Part shown: positions 1-6,345 of the stretch, one piece after another | Position numbering within the stretch: the stretch's first letter is position 1 | Layout of the letters: the number at the start of each line of letters is the position of its first letter | IMG/VR virus record: IMGVR_UViG_3300028454_001266 | Length of the DNA: 20,000 bases | Direction: 5' to 3' (one strand) | From: an uncultured virus (IMG/VR IMGVR_UViG_3300028454_001266) | Lineage: Duplodnaviria; Heunggongvirae; Uroviricota; Caudoviricetes | Program-made: the position numbers and the translations under genes | Notes under the pieces: model-generated | The model's database searches: none | Seen by the model: the letters and a program-made list of their open reading frames with translations, nothing else | Told to the model about the DNA's origin: nothing

Positions 1-232
1 TCACCATGCTGGAGTAGGAGTAGTGGTAGTCGTCAAAGTCAAAGTCCGGCTCCATCAGGGCGGAAGGGTCCTGATCCGGGAGCAGGGTGTAGACCTTGAT
101 CGCGAGCTGCTTGCCGTCGATGTTCTGATACGTCACGTTGTCAGGGACGTATGTGGCGGCGGCGAACGCGCTCATGCACAGGCCCATGATCAGGGCAAGC
201 GTGAGCACGATGGAGAGAAATGTTCTTTTCAT
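1..232 (-). CDS. Secreted/surface protein, N-terminal part (runs off window)
   Basis: Not in the ORF track. My translation is MKRTFLSIVLTLALIMGLCMSAFAAATYVPDNVTYQNIDGKQLAIKVYTLLP..., with a classic signal peptide (AFA cleavage motif) and an AGAAAGGA RBS at 243-250. Confidence 0.85.
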   Translation of the reverse strand, partial: MKRTFLSIVLTLALIMGLCMSAFAAATYVPDNVTYQNIDGKQLAIKVYTLLPDQDPSALMEPDFDFDDYHYSYSSMV

Positions 233-269
233 AGGTTGGTATTCCTTTCTAAATTGATGTGCGGACACA

Positions 270-704
270 CTATGCGACCGGAGGAGGATCGACAGAGCCT
301 GCAAGGATCTGGGCTCTGCCGTTCTTGTACTCCTCTATGCAGTCGCGGAGCACGTCCATGAGCATGTCGTGGGTCAGAAGCGCCGTCATCCAGAGGCATT
401 GGCGATACATATAGATCGACCTGGCTCCAGAGTCCGGCAGGATCGTGTGCCATCCCGTGAGGGATTCGGCGTTCAGGGCGTTTGCGGTTTCGTACATCGT
501 GGATTCGTGCTGCTTGGAGAACAGGATCTTGTCCGCGACGATGACGGACATGATCGGGTATGTCCTGAGCATGGAGACAAGGACGACGCACTCAACGTCG
601 TCGTCCTTGTGGAGCGCTACATACGTATCGCCCTTGTTCTCCACGATGTTCATGCACGCCCGGATCACATCACGACAATGCTGCTCGATGCTGATCTGAG
701 CCAT
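270..704 (-). CDS. Hypothetical protein, possibly YbjN/type III chaperone-like fold
   Basis: 144 aa, in operon orientation, AAGGTGA RBS. Beta-rich N-half, 'YETANALNAES' helix and a C-terminal helix resemble YbjN-like proteins. Confidence 0.7.
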   Translation of the reverse strand: MAQISIEQHCRDVIRACMNIVENKGDTYVALHKDDDVECVVLVSMLRTYPIMSVIVADKILFSKQHESTMYETANALNAESLTGWHTILPDSGARSIYMYRQCLWMTALLTHDMLMDVLRDCIEEYKNGRAQILAGSVDPPPVA

Positions 705-710
705 GATGAA

Positions 711-1724
711 TCACCTTATCCTTCCTCCACGCTTGATGATGCGGGTGACGGTGCCGAACGCCATGCCGTACTCCTCGTTCACACTGCGGACGTGGAAGCA
801 CACAGTATCGTTCTTGCAGGGCATCTCCCGCGTGCGGTAGGACATCGTTTTCGCGTTGGCACCTGCCTGCAAACGCAGGAAGATGGCGCGGTCACGGACA
901 CCCGTGACGATGCCGAAGTAGTTGTTGCCGGGAACCAGCTTCCGCAGCGCCGGCAGGTCGGGGTTCTCACTGGCGGCCTTCGCGGAGAGTCGGACGGCAT
1001 AGCTGCCGTCGTCGCGCTGCGAGACTGCCATGACCCGAGCCACGATCAGGTCGCCGGGCGCGTACAGATCCAGGACGTCGGAGAACCACTGCCAGCTGAG
1101 GTCGGAAGACGGGATGATCGAGTCCACGCCAAGCGCCTCGACGGTGACGCGGTTGTTGCCGACGCCGATCACGCGACAGGTGATCAGGATGCCTTCCTTC
1201 ACGCGGCCGCTGGCATAGTAGCGTGCCTGACGCTGCTTCAGAGCTTCGCGGCGGCTGGCAACGGCTGCGCGTTCGCGCATGTCCACGCCTGCCGGGACGA
1301 ACTCGACCGTGGAACCGAGCATCCGGCTGAGTCGGATGCGGTAGACCTCGGGCGTCGGCTCGCCTGCGGGCCAGTCGTCCATGAACATCTCATGGCCGGG
1401 GATCAGGACACGGATGCCCTCATAGTCCACAACGCACACGGGCGAGGGACTTTCGAGGTCAATCGTGCCGCTGACGGTGCCGGGGAGTACGGCGTGCCGA
1501 TGCAGGGCACCGGCGAGGAAGTTCCACTTGACGTCCTCGCTGTCTTCGAGCTTGACGCCGCGCTCCTGATCGTTCAGGGCGAGGATGTCTTCGGTGGAAC
1601 GGGTGGGCGGCTTGCGCTGGGCCGTGTCGGGTGCGGGAACAACCTCAGTGGTCGGTTGCTCCGGGGCGGTCTCGGGAAGCGTTTCCTTTGCCGCTTCCGC
1701 GTTTACGCTTTTTTTCTTGGGCAT
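711..1724 (-). CDS. S1 (OB-fold) nucleic-acid-binding domain protein, about three S1 repeats
   Basis: S1-like segments such as 'VVDYEGIRVLIP', 'GILITCRVIGVGNNRVTVEALGVDSIIPSSDLSW...PGDLIVARV' and 'PGNNYFGIVTGV'. Start placed at MPKKK behind AAAGGA (1733 is an alternative). Confidence 0.85.
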   Translation of the reverse strand: MPKKKSVNAEAAKETLPETAPEQPTTEVVPAPDTAQRKPPTRSTEDILALNDQERGVKLEDSEDVKWNFLAGALHRHAVLPGTVSGTIDLESPSPVCVVDYEGIRVLIPGHEMFMDDWPAGEPTPEVYRIRLSRMLGSTVEFVPAGVDMRERAAVASRREALKQRQARYYASGRVKEGILITCRVIGVGNNRVTVEALGVDSIIPSSDLSWQWFSDVLDLYAPGDLIVARVMAVSQRDDGSYAVRLSAKAASENPDLPALRKLVPGNNYFGIVTGVRDRAIFLRLQAGANAKTMSYRTREMPCKNDTVCFHVRSVNEEYGMAFGTVTRIIKRGGRIR

Positions 1725-3660
1725 ATGAACCATCCTTTGCAGTTATTACAATCGCGTCGCACGGCGTGGGCTGGAACTGCTCGGGTATCGGAGCGGCAGT
1801 GGGTTTCGGCTGCGCGTCCGGCTCGGGAACGGGTTCCGGCTTCGTCTGCACGACGGTCATGGCGGTTTTCCCCTGCATTGATAAAGCCCGGCTGGTCTTC
1901 CAGTCGGGCTCGTGCAGGATCGCTTTGGAGCTTTTCAGCTTCTTGTATTCGGGATGATGGGAGTAGTCAAAGCGCTTGGCTTTGAGCACCTTCTGGCCGC
2001 GAATGAAGACCAGTTCATCATCCGGTGGGATACGCAAGACCTCATCCGGGGTCATCAGCTGCCTGCGGCCGAGGGTGTTGGACTTGCGGTAGGTTGGTGT
2101 GTAGTTTGAGATGCGCATGGTGTTGAGGTCGCGCATGGTGCCTTCCACCTCGACCGAGGCGACGCCGATGCGGTCGCTGATGTATTCGGCCGTGAGGATG
2201 TCCGTACAGCCGAGGAAGACGGTGGAATCGCAGGAACCGATGATCTCCTGCCACTGGTCATCGGGGTAGCGGTTCTTCATCTGACCGACATTCTGAAAAA
2301 AGACTGCGACAGACACGCCGCGCGAGCGGATGGTGCTGCACTTTTTCGTGAAATCGGGGATCAGGCAGCAGTTCGGGAACTCGTCCAGGACGAACTTGAC
2401 TTTCGTACCCAACACACCGCCGTCGCAGTAGCTGTCAGCGTAGCGGATCAGCTTGATAAACAGGAAGCTGAAGAACAGCGAGCTGAGGAAGTCAAAGGTG
2501 CTGTCCTGGTCGGATACGATGCAGAAGTACGCACACTTTTTCCGACCAGGGAGCTCCAGATCGATCTCGTTGTACGAGGTGATGTCCCGCACCTGCTGCG
2601 CCTGCATGACCGAGAGCTTGCTGCCAAGACCGATAATCACGCTGGAGCGGACAGTCTCGCTCGATTGCAGGAACAGCGAGTACGGCGCGGCGGCGGGTGA
2701 CGGCGGGAGCCATTCCCCGGTCTTCTTGTTCTTGTGCCGCGTGCGGACATACGCCATCTCCGCCGTGAGCGATTTCTCGTCCGTGTTGCAGAGCAGGTCG
2801 TAGATTGTGGCAAGGTTCCGTTCTTCGGGCGGACACTCCAGCGCCACATAGAGCACCAGAGCCTTGAGCAGATTGAGTTCAGCATTGTACCAGAACGCGT
2901 CGGCATCGCCGGTCATGTTTCTCAGCACGGTATCCGCCAGAGTCTGCGCCATCAGCTCGCTGTTGCCGATCTCGCCGAGACAGTTCCATGAGTCGCTGTG
3001 TTCCATCTGCACGAGATTGAACACGCGGACCTCATAGCCCGCATCGCGGAGGTACTGGCTCATGGACTCGTAGAGCTCGGACTTCGGATCGGTCACGACG
3101 ACTGACTCGCCGCGTTTGGCTGCCTGAAGGATCAGGTTGCGGGAGATGGATCGGGACTTGCCGGTGCCGCTCGCGCCGCACACCGCAAGGTTGGCGTTGA
3201 GTCGGGTGTGCTCCGGGAGCGTGATGACCTTGCCGTTCAATGTGCCGAGGATGTCCATGGTCGCTTTCGAGGCGGTTGTGATCTCGAAACAGTTCGCGGC
3301 TTCTCTGTCGCTCATGAACGCTGCCGTGCCGTAGCTGCCGGAGCTGGATACGGTGAAGTTTCGCTCACGATCCGTGATGCCGGAGCTGCCCCAGCCGAGG
3401 CGGAGGCCGAAGACGCAGAGAACGGCGACACCGACCAGCACGATTCCGATGGCGATCAGGCCCTCGGGGAAATGGATCAGCGCACGCAGGGATATGAGAG
3501 GGTTCAGCGATGGGAGCCCCGGCGATACGCGGTAGTCGCTTCCGGCTGCCTTCCATGCGTTGACGTTGATCATGAACTGAGCAATGATCCCGGCAATGTA
3601 GAGCAGAACCGGCGCAAGAATGCCGATGCTCAGGATGCCGAGCGCTTTATGCTGTTTCAT
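1645..3660 (-). CDS. virD4: Type IV coupling protein VirD4/TraG family
   Basis: Two N-terminal TM segments, Walker A GASGTGKS, 'VVTDPKSEL', Walker B 'FVLDEF', 'IRSRG', 'Q..GQ...Y', 'RQLMTPDEV'. Confidence 0.96.
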   Translation of the reverse strand: MKQHKALGILSIGILAPVLLYIAGIIAQFMINVNAWKAAGSDYRVSPGLPSLNPLISLRALIHFPEGLIAIGIVLVGVAVLCVFGLRLGWGSSGITDRERNFTVSSSGSYGTAAFMSDREAANCFEITTASKATMDILGTLNGKVITLPEHTRLNANLAVCGASGTGKSRSISRNLILQAAKRGESVVVTDPKSELYESMSQYLRDAGYEVRVFNLVQMEHSDSWNCLGEIGNSELMAQTLADTVLRNMTGDADAFWYNAELNLLKALVLYVALECPPEERNLATIYDLLCNTDEKSLTAEMAYVRTRHKNKKTGEWLPPSPAAAPYSLFLQSSETVRSSVIIGLGSKLSVMQAQQVRDITSYNEIDLELPGRKKCAYFCIVSDQDSTFDFLSSLFFSFLFIKLIRYADSYCDGGVLGTKVKFVLDEFPNCCLIPDFTKKCSTIRSRGVSVAVFFQNVGQMKNRYPDDQWQEIIGSCDSTVFLGCTDILTAEYISDRIGVASVEVEGTMRDLNTMRISNYTPTYRKSNTLGRRQLMTPDEVLRIPPDDELVFIRGQKVLKAKRFDYSHHPEYKKLKSSKAILHEPDWKTSRALSMQGKTAMTVVQTKPEPVPEPDAQPKPTAAPIPEQFQPTPCDAIVITAKDGSYAQEKKRKRGSGKGNASRDRPGATDH

Positions 3661-4766
3661 GGCGATCCTCCGGTGATCGGCCGCACCTCAATCGATGGCT
3701 TGACGATTGTTTGCAGGACGTCTGCCTGATAGTCATAGCAGAGCACGATTGGCGTCTGTCCCTTCTGGAATCCGGGTGGGGCTTCGTCCATGTTGATCAG
3801 ATCCTTCAGGTCACACTGATAGCCCAGCGTGACCGGGCGAAGTCCGTCCGGGGTGATTGCGTCATACCTTGCGTTCTCATAGGCTGGGAGTCGGTAGCCC
3901 GTGAGGAACCTGCGGTCTTCCGCTAAGCTCGCCTCAGGATCTATGATGATCCGCAGCAGCGCGTCACCGTTAAAGTCGTTGGTCAGGAAGTAGCAGTTGT
4001 TGACCTCGTTGGTTATGACGAAATACCTGCTTTGCCCGTCAACGCCCATCCGCGCAATCCGCTTAGCAACGCGCATGTTGTTGCCGATGACCACCTGACT
4101 TGTAATCTCCGTGTGGAACCCGCGAGCGCTCAGGAGTGAATTGATGGATGCGACAGTGTTGTGCTCCTCGTTATTCATCCAGTACATCCGGCTGTAGCCC
4201 GTGTTGTACAGACAGAACAGACGCTCGCCGTGGACAATGATCCCGATGAGGCGAGTGGTTTTTGGATTTGTTTTCCAGTTGAGTTCCCTGATGGCGCTTC
4301 GGATCTCCTGCGGGGAGAAGAAGTAGGACGTGTCCGGGTCAATGGCCGGATGCGGATTGTAGGTCTTGAGCATGAGGCTGGGTTTCTGCTCGGGGAACAC
4401 AACGGCCCCGGCGTTGACGCTCATGACAAAGCCCGCTGCCAGAGAATGCGCACGGGACATCTTCTCAAGCCCTGCATGAGACAGAGCGTTCTCATCCATC
4501 TTGGACAGAACCCGCCGCCCGCTCAGCTCATCCCTTGTCCCCAGATATTCAAGTCCGGCATCTGTGAGCCTGAGCGATCTCAGAATCCTCTGCCGGTACT
4601 TGCCCCGATACATTGTGACATAGCCTTTCTCCAACGCCCGATAGACCACATGACGGTTCCAGTCCCAGTGCCCGGCAATCCGACTTGCCAGATAAACAGG
4701 AAACTCACCGCAGTACCCGACGTAGAAGAGCAATTCAACCATGCGGTTGAAACCATTCGTAAGCAA
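3657..4766 (-). CDS. Hypothetical wHTH protein with a possible Replic_Relax/MOB_C-like architecture
   Basis: N-terminal wHTH-like region ('RALEKGYV...SLRLTDAGLEYL') and 'RAHSLA'. Stop overlaps the virD4 start (ATGA). Start moved to TTG 4766 behind GAGGTG; the ORF is open to 4907. Function is inference. Confidence 0.75.
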   Translation of the reverse strand: MLTNGFNRMVELLFYVGYCGEFPVYLASRIAGHWDWNRHVVYRALEKGYVTMYRGKYRQRILRSLRLTDAGLEYLGTRDELSGRRVLSKMDENALSHAGLEKMSRAHSLAAGFVMSVNAGAVVFPEQKPSLMLKTYNPHPAIDPDTSYFFSPQEIRSAIRELNWKTNPKTTRLIGIIVHGERLFCLYNTGYSRMYWMNNEEHNTVASINSLLSARGFHTEITSQVVIGNNMRVAKRIARMGVDGQSRYFVITNEVNNCYFLTNDFNGDALLRIIIDPEASLAEDRRFLTGYRLPAYENARYDAITPDGLRPVTLGYQCDLKDLINMDEAPPGFQKGQTPIVLCYDYQADVLQTIVKPSIEVRPITGGSP

Positions 4767-4898
4767 AAGCATCACCTCGTAGTAATGAATCGTGAGCCTG
4801 CCTTGAGCCTGCGAGAAGGCTGCCTCTGTAACCGATAACCCGATTGACATGAGACGCTTCCCGCCCCAACTCAAAAAGACCCAGTTTTGTTTTTTCGT

Positions 4899-4995
4899 GA
4901 TTTCCATACCGAAATCCGGGAGCCCTGAAGCGGGTTTTCGCTTTTTTCGATTTCGATACCGAAATCCACTTCATTTTCAAAACAGATTTAGGTAT
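4899..4995. repeat. Two 19-bp palindromic direct repeats GATTTC(C/G)ATACCGAAATCC, 50 bp apart, plus one inverted partial copy
   Basis: Copies at 4899-4917 and 4949-4967. GATTTAGGTAT at 4985-4995 is the reverse complement of ATACCTAAATC. Confidence 0.85.
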
Positions 4996-5647
4996 GGGTT
5001 TTGATGTGTTCCGCAACCCACAACTGGAGCGCTTCAGGGGCCATGAGGTAGAACTTTGTGCAGTCCCGGTCGCTCATAACCGTGCTCTGAAGCACCGTGC
5101 AGAGTAGCGCGCTGTCGTTCGTCAGGAGCACCGACTCGATCACGTCCAGATAGCGCTTGGTCTCGATGTTGTCATAGTCGCGTACCCTGCGGATGCCGAG
5201 CGCCTCGTCATAGCAGTGCTCGATGCAGATCGCGCAGTGCTCAAACCGTTCAATGGGGTTCTCGCGCTGGAACTGGACAAGGCTGTTGCGCAGCGGCCTC
5301 GTGATATAGCTGGTGTTGTCGCGGGTGTTCCGCTTGGGCAGGATCGCAGGCACCGTGATGACGAGCCACTTGCGCTCCTCCACAATGCTGATGCCCATCT
5401 CACCGGCCATCGTCTCGTAGAACGGAGTCCCGCTCCCGCGAGCAGTGTGCCCCGCGAGATTGCGCAGCTTGACGGTGTTTTTCTCCGCGATTCGTACCAG
5501 ACTGTACAGCTTGCTTTCGGGGTTGTAGTCCTGAATGTCCTCACAGGCATGGGAGATGTCGAACAGTCCCTGACTCACAGCGTCAAAATCAGACGCAGCT
5601 TCCTTGAGAGAAGCGATAAAAGTTGAATTTCTCATGTTTTTCCTCAC
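4988..5647 (-). CDS. RusA-like nuclease-fold protein (recalled as DUF6100-type)
   Basis: 'RRVRDYDNIETKRYLDVIESVLLTNDS' matches the RusA DxDNxxK...D...DD catalytic pattern. 'LVITVPAILP' resembles the first RusA strand. GTG 5647 overlaps the upstream stop; ATG 5635 is an alternative start. Confidence 0.75.
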   Translation of the reverse strand: MRKNMRNSTFIASLKEAASDFDAVSQGLFDISHACEDIQDYNPESKLYSLVRIAEKNTVKLRNLAGHTARGSGTPFYETMAGEMGISIVEERKWLVITVPAILPKRNTRDNTSYITRPLRNSLVQFQRENPIERFEHCAICIEHCYDEALGIRRVRDYDNIETKRYLDVIESVLLTNDSALLCTVLQSTVMSDRDCTKFYLMAPEALQLWVAEHIKTHT

Positions 5648-6171
5648 AATCTGTATAGATTTACCTTTCCTTCCGGCGTGACCAGCGCCGCGAAATCGTT
5701 GTTGAAGCGATGTAAGACGCCTTCGTACTCGGACAGTTCGCGTCCGACGAGGAACCTCACAGCGTCGTCCGGCATAAGATCGGCTTGGGCGTTGATTGCC
5801 TCAATGCCCACGTTGACTGGGATAAGGTCGTAGGTGGTTGCGCCGTTTGATACGATGATGACCGTGGGCGGAGGCCCGATGCTGAACTCGCGCACGTTGT
5901 TTTTGATGTACTTGAATGCTGAGAAGCAGAGGATTCGGCCTTCGATGTCTATTCGCTCAAAGAGCGGCCTGCTGCTGAAGATGAAGTGCTTATCCTCGGA
6001 CCACGAAATCACACCGTCGTGCTGAAATTCCTTGATGATCCGCAGGTAGCTCCTGCTTGGGAGGAAGTCAAACAGCTCACGGAGCTGCTGATCCTCGATT
6101 ACGCCGAAGATAGATACCAGATTCAGGATTGCGATTCCTTCCTTGCCCTTGACTGCCTCGGCAAAGGACAT
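5644..6171 (-). CDS. Hypothetical protein with N-terminal wHTH-like region (recalled as DUF5697-type)
   Basis: About 175 aa. AGGAGG RBS lies 8 nt before ATG 6171. Helical N-terminus 'ILNLVSIFGVIEDQQLRELF...IIKEFQHDGVI'. Confidence 0.75.
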   Translation of the reverse strand: MSFAEAVKGKEGIAILNLVSIFGVIEDQQLRELFDFLPSRSYLRIIKEFQHDGVISWSEDKHFIFSSRPLFERIDIEGRILCFSAFKYIKNNVREFSIGPPPTVIIVSNGATTYDLIPVNVGIEAINAQADLMPDDAVRFLVGRELSEYEGVLHRFNNDFAALVTPEGKVNLYRL

Positions 6172-6184
6172 TTTTGCCACCTCC

Positions 6185-6301
6185 TAGGGTCGTAGTTAGT
6201 TGAACTATAAGTTGAACTATAATTTGGGTCACGTTATAGGGACGCTATAGTTCAACGGGGATTTTTTAGGGTCGCAGTTAGTTGAACTATAAGTTGAACT
6301 A
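6185..6301. repeat. Iteron-like cluster: two 35-bp direct repeats 82 bp apart, five GTTGAACTA cores
   Basis: TAGGGTCG(T/C)AGTTAGTTGAACTATAAGTTGAACTA at 6185-6219 and 6267-6301, with an inverted core TATAGTTCAAC at 6246-6256. Confidence 0.95.
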
Positions 6302-6345
6302 ACTCGGCTCATCGCCCGACTGAGCGGAATCGGTGAGCGATACCG

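Noticed and set aside
711..1724. Calling this gene rpsA
   Set aside because: Lacks close similarity to ribosomal S1 repeats (no GAFVDLG-type motifs) and lies in a conjugation operon
369..1985. 538-aa plus-strand ORF
   Set aside because: Antisense shadow of the S1 and YbjN-like genes in GC-rich DNA; no motifs or RBS
6185..6301. Possible mini-CRISPR array (35-bp repeats, 47-bp spacer)
   Set aside because: Only two units, the spacer itself contains an inverted repeat core, the repeats are internally tandem and no cas gene is present
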